Shown: one piece after another, positions 30,675 to 40,105 of the stretch
How the letters are laid out: every line of letters starts with the position of its first letter
Position numbering within the stretch: position 1 is the first letter of the stretch
Origin: an uncultured Candidatus Saccharibacteria bacterium
GTDB lineage: Bacteria > Patescibacteriota > Minisyncoccia > Phycocordibacterales > SBAW01
Reading direction: 5' to 3'
NCBI GenBank assembly: GCA_964363205.1
Contig: CAYIHD010000002.1
Coordinates: 13,988-55,020, forward strand
DNA: 41,033 nt
Position numbers and translations under genes: made by a program
Notes under the pieces: generated by a model
The model's database searches: none
What the model saw: the letters and a program-made list of their open reading frames with translations, nothing else
What the model was told of the DNA's origin: nothing

Positions 30675-30682
30675 GCACAAGC

Positions 30683-30691
30683 ACTATAGCA
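30683..30691 (-). promoter_or_regulatory. extended -10 box TGCTATAGT, 8 nt upstream of the mature tRNA 5' end
   Basis: Minus strand reads TTTGCTATAGTGCTTGTGC then GCCGGGG. Confidence 0.45.
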
Positions 30692-30721
30692 AACTTTCTC
30701 TAAAAAGCCGACGCTCTTATT

Positions 30722-31135
30722 TTATTCCTCGTATATCGCGTTCTTTTTGTCGGACGAACTGTCTTGGAGTAATTTTTTATGCTCCGCCACCTCGCGCAAA
30801 AATTCGGACACCTTGCCGTCGCCGCGCTGCTGCGTGGTATGGCGCAGAGTGTGCAGCGTCTTTTCGAGCATGTTTTCCGCAAAAAGCACCGTCCACGCTA
30901 CCCCTTTATGCAGGAGCACAAGAGCGGCGGCATACCCGCGGCTGGTCTTTGTGCGCACTATTGCGGGAGCCCGCTTCTCGACAAAATTGAGCCCTACGCC
31001 GAGCGCCTCTCCGGCCTTTGACCGCACGCGACTGAGGATGAGCTTGTGGTGAGACGTCTCCCAGTGCTTGACGGACAGGACAGCAACAATGCCGACCACG
31101 GACACGCACAGGAGTGTAATAAAGAAGATAACCAT
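30722..31135 (-). CDS. hypothetical membrane-anchored protein (137 aa)
   Basis: N-terminal TM helix. Tandem GATACTT GATACTT lies upstream, 8 nt from the ATG. Confidence 0.65.
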   Translation of the reverse strand: MVIFFITLLCVSVVGIVAVLSVKHWETSHHKLILSRVRSKAGEALGVGLNFVEKRAPAIVRTKTSRGYAAALVLLHKGVAWTVLFAENMLEKTLHTLRHTTQQRGDGKVSEFLREVAEHKKLLQDSSSDKKNAIYEE

Positions 31136-31177
31136 ATTTACTAAGTATCAAGTATCACGTGGCAAGTAGCAAGCCGG

Positions 31178-31633
31178 CTACTTAACCGAAAATACAGAGA
31201 GATTGGAAACTTCTACGCGCTCGCCGAACTTTTGCGTGGCGGCCGATATGAGGTCGGCGATGGTTCTGGACGGGTCTTTGATGAAAGGCTGGGCCAAAAG
31301 TTCATCGATGCCGGACGGGCGCATGGCCGCGGTGTGCATCGCGATGTCGCGCGCCAATGCCACAAACTCCTCGTTTTTAGAAACAAAATCCGTCTCGGAC
31401 GACAACAGCACCAGCGAGCCCACTTGGCCGGTAGTGTGCGTGTAGGATGCCACCGTGCCCGCACCAAGAGTCCTGTCGGCCTTTTTGCCGACCGCGGCCG
31501 CGGCGCGGAGCCCTAGCACCTCCATAGCTTTAGCCATGTCGCCCTGCGCCTCTACCAGCGCCTTTTTGCACTCCATGACGGAGACACCCGTCTTTTCCCT
31601 CAACTCTTTTACCTGTTCGCTGGTGATTTCCAT
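31178..31633 (-). CDS. tsf: elongation factor Ts, short form (151 aa)
   Basis: UBA-like N-terminus VKELREKTGVSVMECKKAL. The start overlaps the rpsB stop (TAATG). Confidence 0.9.
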   Translation of the reverse strand: MEITSEQVKELREKTGVSVMECKKALVEAQGDMAKAMEVLGLRAAAAVGKKADRTLGAGTVASYTHTTGQVGSLVLLSSETDFVSKNEEFVALARDIAMHTAAMRPSGIDELLAQPFIKDPSRTIADLISAATQKFGERVEVSNLSVFSVK

Positions 31634-32343
31634 TATGCTGTTGCCGCAGGAGTGACCGGAGCAAGATTATCCGCGTATGTTTTAGAAATTTCGTCCAGCA
31701 CGATGGAGAGCGTGTCGCGCGACGCGTCGTTGGCGGGTATAGGATACGCGATGCCCTGCGCCGAGCAGTCGGAGTTCATCAGCGCGACAACCGGAATACG
31801 CAGCTGAGCCGCCTCGGCCGCCGCGATAGACTCCTTGCGCGGATCTACGATAAAAACGGCGTCGGGGAGCTTGTGCATGCCGCGCAGCCCGCCGAACGTG
31901 TTCTCCAGGTCGGTAATCTCCCTATCGATAAGCAGGCGCTCGAGCTTGGTAAACTTTGCCAGCTCGCCCTTTTCGCGCATGCCGGAAAGCTCCTCAAGCC
32001 GGCCGAGGCGCTTTTTAATTTCAGAAAAGTTGGTCAGCGAACCGCCTATCCAGCGGCCGGCGCAATACGGCTGGGCGAGCCGCTCCGCCGCGCGGCGCAC
32101 CGCCTCGCGCGCTTCGGCCTTGCCTCCGACAAAAAGAATGGTCTTGCGCTCCGCGGCGAGTGATTTTACAAAATCCTTCGCGGCCTCAAGAAGGCTGGCG
32201 GTCTGCTCAAGGTCAAACAGCTCTACCCCGCCTTTGACACCAAAAATATACCCGGAGGTAGACGGGTGGCGGCGCGAAGGCGCGTAGCCGAAGTGGGCTC
32301 CGGCGCCGAACAGTTTGTCGATTATGGGATTAGTTTCTGCCAT
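31633..32343 (-). CDS. rpsB: 30S ribosomal protein S2
   Basis: GAHFGY...RRHP, FVGGK, and GGSLTNF-type motifs. 236 aa. Confidence 0.93.
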   Translation of the reverse strand: MAETNPIIDKLFGAGAHFGYAPSRRHPSTSGYIFGVKGGVELFDLEQTASLLEAAKDFVKSLAAERKTILFVGGKAEAREAVRRAAERLAQPYCAGRWIGGSLTNFSEIKKRLGRLEELSGMREKGELAKFTKLERLLIDREITDLENTFGGLRGMHKLPDAVFIVDPRKESIAAAEAAQLRIPVVALMNSDCSAQGIAYPIPANDASRDTLSIVLDEISKTYADNLAPVTPAATA

Positions 32344-32348
32344 ATCAA

Positions 32349-32367
32349 AAAAGGCCCCGTGCCTTTT
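32349..32367 (-). terminator. terminator-like hairpin between capA and rpsB
   Basis: AAAAGGC-N5-GCCTTTT. The T-run ends 3 nt before the rpsB ATG, so it could act as an intercistronic attenuator. Confidence 0.4.
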
Positions 32368-32382
32368 GTGACCTTGAGATTA

Positions 32383-33324
32383 TCACGGCAAGCTGAACCG
32401 CGCAACACTAGAGGTGCCTATAGAGGAATACTGGTCCGCGATGACCGTGGGGGTCAGTATAAAACCTGTTTTATCTTCATAAAAGTCGGCCCGCAGCGCC
32501 AACCCGTGCATCGTGGCCCAAGAAAAGTTTTGGTCGAACATAAAATTGCCCAGCGAGTAAAAAATAGCCCTGTTTTTATACACCTCATACTCCTGCACTA
32601 CGTGCGGATGAGCGCCGACCACCAGGTCGGCTCCGGCATCAATAAACTCATGTCCGGCCTCCTGCTGTGCCGCATTTGAGCGCACTTGATACTCATCGCC
32701 CCAATGCGCAAACACGATTACCCGCCAACAATACGGGCGGAGCGCCGTAATTTCGCCGGTAACCGGTGCGGTATCGGCATCGTATAAAGAATGAAACCCG
32801 ACCAGGCACAGTGTCTTGTCGTTGACGGTAAGCACCGTCGAAATACTGCTTGTCGCGTTGTACGGATGACCGAACACCGCAACTCCGGAAGCCTCTACTC
32901 TGCCGCGCGTCTCGGTATATCCGCGTGAGCCAAAGTCGAACGTGTGATTATTGGCAAGAGATACCGCCGAGATACGCAAAAGGTCGAGCGCCTGCCGCAC
33001 GACGTCCGGCTTGAAGGTAAAATGCAAAATGTTGTGATTGACGCGCGCGATTGACGGGTTAGTGGTGACCGCGCCCTCAAGGTTGGCGACGCGCGCGTCC
33101 GCGTCCGCAAAAAGCTCTCTCGTGCTGGTCGAAAACAACGACGCAACTCCGTCCGCATCGGCACTTTTGCCTACATTACGGTCAAGCATAATGTCGCCGA
33201 CAAAGAGCACACGGACAGGCACTTCCTCCGGCACCTGCGTCGGCGCGTATGCCGGCGACGGAGCCGAATACGCGATACCGGCGGCGATTATAAATAATCC
33301 GCCGCCGGCCAGCAGTTTTTTCAT
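32383..33324 (-). CDS. CapA/PGA_cap family metallophosphatase-like protein
   Basis: Signal/TM N-terminus. Contains [26 protein letters not shown] and GAHPHV. ATG 33324 overlaps the prfA stop (ATGA). Confidence 0.85.
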   Translation of the reverse strand: MKKLLAGGGLFIIAAGIAYSAPSPAYAPTQVPEEVPVRVLFVGDIMLDRNVGKSADADGVASLFSTSTRELFADADARVANLEGAVTTNPSIARVNHNILHFTFKPDVVRQALDLLRISAVSLANNHTFDFGSRGYTETRGRVEASGVAVFGHPYNATSSISTVLTVNDKTLCLVGFHSLYDADTAPVTGEITALRPYCWRVIVFAHWGDEYQVRSNAAQQEAGHEFIDAGADLVVGAHPHVVQEYEVYKNRAIFYSLGNFMFDQNFSWATMHGLALRADFYEDKTGFILTPTVIADQYSSIGTSSVARFSLP

Positions 33325-34199
33325 TTTTCCTGTTGAGCCGCGAGCAGAGCGTCGACAATCGGATGCAGGCCGCCGGCGAAAATCTTGGGCAGGTTGTGCC
33401 AATCCTCTTTTATCCGGTGGTCGGTGACGCGGTCCTGCAAAATGTTGTAGGTGCGGATTTTCTCCGAACGGTCGGCGGTGCCTATCTGCTCTTTGCGGGT
33501 CGCGGCGTGCTTGGCGGCCTCCTGCTCTTCTTGGAATACATCGAGTTTTGCCAACAGCACCGCCATCGCCTGCTCGCGGTTTGCCATCTGGCTGCGTTGC
33601 GACTGCGAGCGCGCCTCCAGCCCGGTCGGCTTGTGCACCAGGCGCACGGCTGTCTCCACTTTGTTGACGTTCTGCCCGCCGGCACCGCCGGCGCGCGAGA
33701 ACTCCATTTCGATATCACCCGGGTTAACCTCAAATTTGTGCTTTTTTCGTATCGGCAAAATCGCCACAGACGCGGTCGAGGTATGCACGCGGCCCGACTT
33801 TTCCGTCGCGGGGACGCGCTGGACGCGGTGCACGCCGGTTTCAAAACGAAGATTCTCGTATACGCCAAGGCCGCGGATTTCGAACACCGCTTCTTTGTAA
33901 CCGCCCAAGTCGGTCTTGCTCAAGGATAATGCGCTCACGTGCCAGCCCATCGCCACCGCGTACCCCTTATACATGTTGGCGAGTTCCTCGGCAAAAAGCG
34001 CGGCCTCCTCTCCGCCGACGCCGGCGCGCACCTCGAGCACCACTTCGTTGGGAAACTCCTCGCTGCCCGCCTCTGTTGCGAGTATTTTATCCATTTCGGC
34101 GATGAGCATGTTCTGCTGCTCCTCGTCGCCGTCCATCATCTCTACCGCCTTGGCAAGATAGGCGGTCTTCGGGTTGTCTTTGTATTTGCTTAAATCCAT
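33321..34199 (-). CDS. prfA: peptide chain release factor 1 (N-terminally short, 292 aa)
   Basis: GGQ motif [20 protein letters not shown]1-type PxT tripeptide in RVPATE. Confidence 0.9.
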   Translation of the reverse strand: MDLSKYKDNPKTAYLAKAVEMMDGDEEQQNMLIAEMDKILATEAGSEEFPNEVVLEVRAGVGGEEAALFAEELANMYKGYAVAMGWHVSALSLSKTDLGGYKEAVFEIRGLGVYENLRFETGVHRVQRVPATEKSGRVHTSTASVAILPIRKKHKFEVNPGDIEMEFSRAGGAGGQNVNKVETAVRLVHKPTGLEARSQSQRSQMANREQAMAVLLAKLDVFQEEQEAAKHAATRKEQIGTADRSEKIRTYNILQDRVTDHRIKEDWHNLPKIFAGGLHPIVDALLAAQQEK

Positions 34200-34421
34200 C
34201 TACTTCGACTTCTTTGTGGTGGCTTTGGAGCTGCGCGCTTTAAACTTCTCTACGCGGCCTGCGGCGTCGAGTATCTTGTCGTTGCCGGTGTAAAACGGGT
34301 GGCATGCCGAGCAGATTTCGACATCGAGCTTCTCCTTGGTTGACCCCACGGCAAAGGTGCGCCCGCACGCGCAGACGGCTTTAGCGCCGGAGAAATAGGT
34401 CGGGTGTGTCTCGGTTTTCAT
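34200..34421 (-). CDS. rpmE: 50S ribosomal protein L31
   Basis: MKTETHPTY...C.CG...CHPFYTG. TATAGT lies 7 nt upstream of ATG 34421. The track's GTG start at 34430 overlaps that box. Confidence 0.9.
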   Translation of the reverse strand: MKTETHPTYFSGAKAVCACGRTFAVGSTKEKLDVEICSACHPFYTGNDKILDAAGRVEKFKARSSKATTKKSK

Positions 34422-34434
34422 GGATGGCACTATA

Positions 34435-35766
34435 TCAGTTCTCCTTAAGAAAGTCTATGTCCTTTTGATATTTGTCGGCAAAGGCAAGCACGCTTGCGGC
34501 GTACGCAAGAGCTCGTGCGGTTTGCCAGTTGCCGCCGGCGTAGTAGCTGGCCGCGGCTTTGCGCTCGGCGCTGTACGTGCCGATGTCGGCTTTGAGGTCC
34601 TCTAAATAAAGCCCCATGGCCATCACCGCCGTGCGAGCATTCCACGGGTCGGGAGTTGTGACGCCGAGCGCGGAGGCGAGGCGCCTTTCGTACATCTTCC
34701 AGGTCGACGGGATAAACTGGGCCGGCCCCATGGCGCCGCCGTAGCCGACCGATTGCGGACACGACACCGGTTGTGAGTACGGATTTATATTGAGCCTATC
34801 CATAAGGTCGAGAAACGGCTGTACGTCGCGGTCGGGCTTCATCACTTTGCTAAAGACGGTGCCGGTGTTTTTTCCTTTACCTGCGCCGGTTGAGGCGTTG
34901 GTCAGCAGGCACTGCCCCACATTGGCGCCGAGGTTGGACTCCTGCCGCAAAATGCCGAGGATAAACGCCGCCCGCACGCCGGTGGATGTTTGCGCCTGCA
35001 CCGCGTACTCCATCGCCGACTGGAAGGATATCCCGGCGCTGTCGCGCAGTTCGAACAGCGCGTTGCGAATCTCGTTGGCGCGCTTTTGCCTGTCCGCGAG
35101 CACCACCTGATAGGACTGCTCGTCTTTTTTGGTTATATCGAGCAGCTGCTGCTTTTCAACCTTGTTTTCTTTTATCTGTACCTGTTTAACCTGTACCTCG
35201 TGGCGCGCGTCCAACTCGGCGTTCTTTTTTTCGTCCAGCGCGGCCTTTTCCGCCTCGGTTTGTTTTTTTACGCCACGCAGGTCGTTAAACAAATCCTGAA
35301 GTTTGCCGTTTATCGTATCTATCGCCTGCACGTCGCCGAAAAAGCCCGACAGGTCGTCGGACGAGAGTGCGAGGATAATGAGCGACTGCTGTTCGGTCTC
35401 GTTTTTTTGCCGCATCAGTTTTGACAAGGATTCCTTGCCGGCGGCAAGTCTTTCCTCGAGCGTGCGTATCGTGTCGGTCTTTTGGCTTATCTCGCTCCCG
35501 AGCGTTGTGATAGTGATACTGCGCTGGCTGATTTCCTTCTGCGCTTTTTTAATCTGCGCGTCGAGCGCGGTCACGTCGCCGGTAAGCGTGTTCTTTTTGG
35601 CGCGCGTGTCGTCCAAAACCTTTTGCCAGCCTGCTATCTCCTGCTGGAGCTGGTCGTACTCGGCCTGCAGTTTTGTCCGCTCTTCCGGCGTCAGTGTTTG
35701 GGCATGCACGACGCCTCCTGCAAAACCAAACAGGATTATACACACTAAAAAAACCCGTATATGCAT
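34435..35766 (-). CDS. secreted coiled-coil protein with a C-terminal lytic transglycosylase (SLT/MltB-like) domain
   Basis: Signal peptide, about 230 aa of heptad-rich sequence, then ILRQESNLG...GAMGPAQFIPSTW. Confidence 0.85.
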   Translation of the reverse strand: MHIRVFLVCIILFGFAGGVVHAQTLTPEERTKLQAEYDQLQQEIAGWQKVLDDTRAKKNTLTGDVTALDAQIKKAQKEISQRSITITTLGSEISQKTDTIRTLEERLAAGKESLSKLMRQKNETEQQSLIILALSSDDLSGFFGDVQAIDTINGKLQDLFNDLRGVKKQTEAEKAALDEKKNAELDARHEVQVKQVQIKENKVEKQQLLDITKKDEQSYQVVLADRQKRANEIRNALFELRDSAGISFQSAMEYAVQAQTSTGVRAAFILGILRQESNLGANVGQCLLTNASTGAGKGKNTGTVFSKVMKPDRDVQPFLDLMDRLNINPYSQPVSCPQSVGYGGAMGPAQFIPSTWKMYERRLASALGVTTPDPWNARTAVMAMGLYLEDLKADIGTYSAERKAAASYYAGGNWQTARALAYAASVLAFADKYQKDIDFLKEN

Positions 35767-35800
35767 ACTCCCCACAAGTATAACAGACGGGTTAAAGCGC

Positions 35801-36457
35801 TTATTCTTTCTCCTCTGCTGGGGCTGCCGCATCGGCGCCCTCTTCCTCCTTCTTGCCGCGCTCGACTGATGTTTCTATCGCGGAGATGTCCATGACCGGA
35901 GCCTCCACCGGCTCCTCTTTGGCGACGGAAATAATCGCCACCACCTCGTCTTGGTCGACGGAAATTTTGGCTGATGCGGGGAAGGTGAGGTCGGACACTT
36001 TTATCTGGTCCTCGAGCGTCACCAATTTAGAAACGTCGACGTGAATAGCGCGCGGGAGTTCGGCAGGCTCGCACTCAATTTCAATTTCGTGTATGACTTT
36101 GGTCAAAATGCCGCCGAGCTCCTTGACCGCCGGCGAAACGCCGTCGAACTGGAGCGGGACCGACACCGTTACCTTTTGACCCTTTTCGATGGCATAAAAG
36201 TCGGCGTGGAGTATATCGCCGGAAACCGGGTGCACATCAACCTGCTGTATGAGGGTGCTCTTGTCGGCATCGAGGCCTGTCAGCGTGACCACGCTCGACG
36301 CGCCGGCGGCTTTGTATACCTTTTCAAATGCCTTGCGGTCTATAGAAATAGGCGTCGACTCCTCCCTGCGGCCGTAGACAACCGCGGGCAAAAAGCCCTC
36401 CTCGCGGAGAGACTTAGGTTTTTTGGCTATGTCGCGTTTTGTAACCGCCAGTTCCAT
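35801..36457 (-). CDS. rplY: 50S ribosomal protein L25 / general stress protein Ctc form
   Basis: REEGFLPAVVYG N-terminus, two-domain length (218 aa), acidic tail. TATACT lies 9 nt upstream of the ATG. Confidence 0.9.
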   Translation of the reverse strand: MELAVTKRDIAKKPKSLREEGFLPAVVYGRREESTPISIDRKAFEKVYKAAGASSVVTLTGLDADKSTLIQQVDVHPVSGDILHADFYAIEKGQKVTVSVPLQFDGVSPAVKELGGILTKVIHEIEIECEPAELPRAIHVDVSKLVTLEDQIKVSDLTFPASAKISVDQDEVVAIISVAKEEPVEAPVMDISAIETSVERGKKEEEGADAAAPAEEKE

Positions 36458-36513
36458 TGCCCGAGCAGTATAAAAGATTTCCGCTTTTTGCGCAATCGGC
36501 TCTCTGCGTCTCT

Positions 36514-38226
36514 TTATATCTCCTTAAAGCTCGGGACAAGGCTCACGGTTACCGACTTGGTTTTGACGCCCGCCAGAGACCCGCAGGAAAGCGTGTAGAC
36601 AGTTTGGGCGGTTACCACAACTTGCATAGACCCGCTTGCCGCCGACGACAGCACCGCGCCGGAGGAGTCTTTGAGCGTGCAGGAACCTGCGGTGATGTTT
36701 TGGGAAGACCACGTAAGCGTCGTGCTGTTGCCTTTTTGCACGCGAGCCGGTGTTGCAGTGAGAGAAATCGCCGGAGCAACGCACTGATTTAAAGCGGCGT
36801 CGTAGAATTTACCGCTTGGGATGCACGCGCCGGGGTTGGGGTTTGGCATGACGCATCCTGCCGGAACGGACGCCTGTGTTCCGGATATATCTGTGCAGAT
36901 GTCGTTTGCCGTGCAGGTGTTACTGCCCGGGTTGTATGTGTATCCACTGTTGGCGGTGCAGTTGGGAGCTCCGGGGCCGGGGCAATTGGCGGGGCACGGG
37001 GCGTTGACCGTAACCGACGCGGTATTGGAGGTGTTGGACCCTCCGGCGTTGGCTACGGTCATTACGATGGTATGCGAGCCGACGCCAAGCCCGCCGACGC
37101 TAAAGCTCCCGCCGCTTGCCGGCACGGCGGTGCCGCCGTTTACCCGGTAGGTGACGCTGGTGGGCGCGCCGCCGCCGAGCGTGTAGGTAAAGCCGGCGCT
37201 CTGGCCGCTGAGTATCGTTTGAGAGGACGGCAAAAGCGCGACCGTCGGCGCTTGCGCGCCGACCGCCACTGTCGCGGTCACCGGACCTTGCCAGTCGTAG
37301 TAGGTATCGTGGCAGGTGTAGGAGTAGGTTGTGTTTGACGTAAGCGGATTGGTGGTTGCCGAGCCGGACGTGCCGACCGCCGTGCCCGGACTGCTCCCCC
37401 ATTGTCCGCCGGCAAGGTAGCAGGCATCGTACCCGCCGCCGCCCGTGGCGGAGTACGCGAGCGTTTGTGTGCCGTTGTACGCGACCGTGCTTGCCGCGGG
37501 CGTGAAAGAAAGTGACGGAGCCGGCGGCGGAGCGGCGCTGACATTGATGGTAAAGGACATGGGCGGGGTATTGGCAATAGGATAGCCGTATCCTACCGGG
37601 TGCCCTGCAAGATCGCCCACACACACAACCTCATAGGTGGTCGACTGCGTTGGTTGCACAACCATGGAACCGAGACTTGGCTTGCTGACCCCATTTACAG
37701 AAGCATTTTTATAAGCAAGAAAACGCTGTAGCGCGGTATAGCCATTCCAACTGATGCAATTGTTGAATGCGTCGTACGAGGAGCATGAGCCGCCGTTGAA
37801 GTATTGGTTTTGATAATCCTGACAGGCCCACTCAAGAGTAAGCGATGTACTCGCTGGTACGACAGGAATCGAGCCAATATAGGTAACTGCACTATATGTC
37901 CGTGCCCCCCAACCTAAGTTTTTGCTCAGTGTTATGCTCGCCACTCTTTGCTGGGCTGGAGTGTTTGTTACATAGATATCAGCATACGAAGGGAGTGACC
38001 CATACCATCCGCCCACCTTACAAACATTTCCGTAGCCATTGCATGCATGCCACGCGGGCCATCCTCCGGTGGATGGATAGAGAGACTCCCACGCGGCGGC
38101 GGCGGATTGCGAGGAGCCTAATTCCAAAGATAACGCGGGCGACTTTGATACCGTGCCCGTGTATGCAAAGCCGAGCAAAAGCGCCAGACCGAGGATTAAA
38201 AATACTTTTTGTTTTCTGGAAAACAT
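36514..38226 (-). CDS. large secreted protein with repeated beta-rich (Ig-like) modules and a Cys-rich module (570 aa)
   Basis: Signal peptide, repeated T/S/G-rich ~90-aa segments, and CPANCPGPGAPNCTANSGY...C...C...C. TATAAT lies 8 nt upstream of the ATG. Confidence 0.8.
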   Translation of the reverse strand: MFSRKQKVFLILGLALLLGFAYTGTVSKSPALSLELGSSQSAAAAWESLYPSTGGWPAWHACNGYGNVCKVGGWYGSLPSYADIYVTNTPAQQRVASITLSKNLGWGARTYSAVTYIGSIPVVPASTSLTLEWACQDYQNQYFNGGSCSSYDAFNNCISWNGYTALQRFLAYKNASVNGVSKPSLGSMVVQPTQSTTYEVVCVGDLAGHPVGYGYPIANTPPMSFTINVSAAPPPAPSLSFTPAASTVAYNGTQTLAYSATGGGGYDACYLAGGQWGSSPGTAVGTSGSATTNPLTSNTTYSYTCHDTYYDWQGPVTATVAVGAQAPTVALLPSSQTILSGQSAGFTYTLGGGAPTSVTYRVNGGTAVPASGGSFSVGGLGVGSHTIVMTVANAGGSNTSNTASVTVNAPCPANCPGPGAPNCTANSGYTYNPGSNTCTANDICTDISGTQASVPAGCVMPNPNPGACIPSGKFYDAALNQCVAPAISLTATPARVQKGNSTTLTWSSQNITAGSCTLKDSSGAVLSSAASGSMQVVVTAQTVYTLSCGSLAGVKTKSVTVSLVPSFKEI

Positions 38227-38235
38227 ACCTTTATA

Positions 38236-39093
38236 TTATATCCCCGCAAACAGACGCAGCTTACCCGCCACGTACTCCTTCATTTTGGTGACCGCCGGCG
38301 TAAGAAACTTGTACGGCGCCACCTCGCCGGGGTTTGAGCGGATAAAGTCGTACAGCCGGTCGCGGTACATCACGCGCAGTTCGGTATTGATATGGACAAT
38401 CGCGACGCCCGCGGCGATGCACTCCTTTATATCCGCTTCCGTGTTGCCCGACGCGCCGTGCAAAACCAGCGGGACGCCGACCATATCGGCTATGGCTTTG
38501 ACCCGCTCTTGATGCAGGCGCGGCTCGGCGGCGTTTTTGAGCATGCCGTGTATGTTGCCGACCGCCGGCGCAAAGCAGTCCACGCCGGTGTTTGTGACAA
38601 ACTCACGCGCGTCTTCCGGAGTAGTCAGGTTGTCGAGCGTTACTCCCTCCGGCACGCTGTCGAGCTGTTTGCTCGAGGTGCCGATGTAGCCGAGCTCGCC
38701 CTCCACCACGATGTCGCGTTTGGAGCTGCGCGCGTAACTGACCACCTGTTTAACCAGTAAAATATTTTCTTCCATACCGAGTTTGGCACCGTCGATGACG
38801 ATGGAGTTTACGCCGTCGTCTATCGCCTGCTTGGCCTTGTCCAAACCGTAGGTGTGGTCGGCGTTTACATATATCTGCACGCCTTGGCTGGCGTACAGGT
38901 CGACAAGCGCGCGGGCGTGGGCAAGCGGAAAAAACTCGCGCTCCCCTTCGGACAATCCGGCGATGACCGGCAAGCCGGTTTCTTTGGCGGCGTCCGCCAA
39001 TGCTCTCAGCTGGTTGGAGTCGGAGACGTTAAAGTGGCCGATAGCCCTGCCCGCTTTTTTATATTCCTGCACAACTTCACGCAGAGACTTCAT
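38236..39093 (-). CDS. fba: class II fructose-bisphosphate aldolase family protein
   Basis: Contains GHFNV, NADH, GELG, VGNIHG and LVLHGASG. Start is ATG 39093 (285 aa). Confidence 0.9.
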   Translation of the reverse strand: MKSLREVVQEYKKAGRAIGHFNVSDSNQLRALADAAKETGLPVIAGLSEGEREFFPLAHARALVDLYASQGVQIYVNADHTYGLDKAKQAIDDGVNSIVIDGAKLGMEENILLVKQVVSYARSSKRDIVVEGELGYIGTSSKQLDSVPEGVTLDNLTTPEDAREFVTNTGVDCFAPAVGNIHGMLKNAAEPRLHQERVKAIADMVGVPLVLHGASGNTEADIKECIAAGVAIVHINTELRVMYRDRLYDFIRSNPGEVAPYKFLTPAVTKMKEYVAGKLRLFAGI

Positions 39094-39115
39094 GGGTTCA
39101 GTATATAATGTATTT
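39094..39115. promoter_or_regulatory. 22-bp divergent intergenic region with overlapping -10 boxes on both strands
   Basis: Plus strand has TATAAT (39104-39109), 6 nt before ATG 39116. Minus strand has TATACT (39100-39105), 6 nt before ATG 39093. There is no room for an SD or a 5' UTR. Confidence 0.5.
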
Positions 39116-40105
39116 ATGGAGTTCCTCGCCGTGGGTGACATAGTGACGGACGACTTTCTGAGGCTCAAAGACGCCTCCGTGCATTGCAATGTCAACAACG
39201 AGGAGTGCGAGATATGCATGCGCTGGGGCGACAAAATTCCGTACGAGTTCCACAAGGTCGTGCCCGCCGTCGGCAACGCCAGCAACGCCGCGGTCGCCGC
39301 GGCGCGGCTGGGCCTCCCGTCCGCCCTGCGCGCGTACGTGGGGCGCGACGCCCACGGCGCGCAATGCCTCGAGGTGCTCCGCAACGAGGGCGTTGATACC
39401 GAGTATATGGTGACGCAAGAGGGCAAGTTTACAAACTACCACTACGTTTTGTGGTACGAGTCGCAGCGAACCATTTTGGTCAAGCACGAAACGTTTGATT
39501 ACTCGCCGCCAACGCTTGCCTCGGCGCCCCAGTGGGTGTACCTCTCGTCACTGGGCGAAAACTCGCTGGTCTATCACAACGCCCTGCTCGAGTGGCTCAA
39601 AAAATATCCGGAGGCAAAGCTCGCCTTCCAACCGGGGACATTCCAAATGAAAATGGGCAAGGAAGCTCTGGCGGCGGTGTACGCGCGCGCGGACATATTT
39701 TTTTGCAATAAAGAAGAGGCGGAAAAAATACTGGGCTTGCCCGCCGGCCAGGATATAAAAAATCTTTTAAACCAAATCCGCGCGCTGGGCCCCAAAACAG
39801 CCGTCATCACCGACGACAAGCGCGGGTGCTACGCGATGGATGCAAGCGGCGCCGCGGTGCATTGCCCGCGCTATCCGGACACTAAAGAGCCCTACGAGAT
39901 AACCGGCGCCGGCGACGCGCTCGCCTCGACAACCGTTGTGGCGCTCTCTCTCGGCAAAGAGTTAAGCGAAGCTCTGCGCTGGGGCTCGGTCAACGCCTCG
40001 GCGGTGTTACAAAAAATCGGCGCGCAGGAGGGCCTGCTCAACCGCGAGCAATTGGAAAAAAATCTTGCCAACCCGCCTAGCCCTTTCGTTGTCGAACCTT
40101 TTTGA
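39116..40105 (+). CDS. PfkB-family carbohydrate/sugar-phosphate kinase
   Basis: N-terminal GD.V.D and GG.A.N.A-type motif (AVGNASNAAVAAARLG). C-terminal ITGAGDALAS signature. 329 aa. Confidence 0.85.
   Translation: MEFLAVGDIVTDDFLRLKDASVHCNVNNEECEICMRWGDKIPYEFHKVVPAVGNASNAAVAAARLGLPSALRAYVGRDAHGAQCLEVLRNEGVDTEYMVTQEGKFTNYHYVLWYESQRTILVKHETFDYSPPTLASAPQWVYLSSLGENSLVYHNALLEWLKKYPEAKLAFQPGTFQMKMGKEALAAVYARADIFFCNKEEAEKILGLPAGQDIKNLLNQIRALGPKTAVITDDKRGCYAMDASGAAVHCPRYPDTKEPYEITGAGDALASTTVVALSLGKELSEALRWGSVNASAVLQKIGAQEGLLNREQLEKNLANPPSPFVVEPF

Noticed and set aside
33321-33324. Alternative genetic code (UGA recoding, as in some CPR lineages).
   Set aside because: TGA terminates several well-delimited genes (prfA, capA, the lytic transglycosylase, the PfkB kinase, ORF 12052..12411). 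All conserved genes are full length under the standard code.
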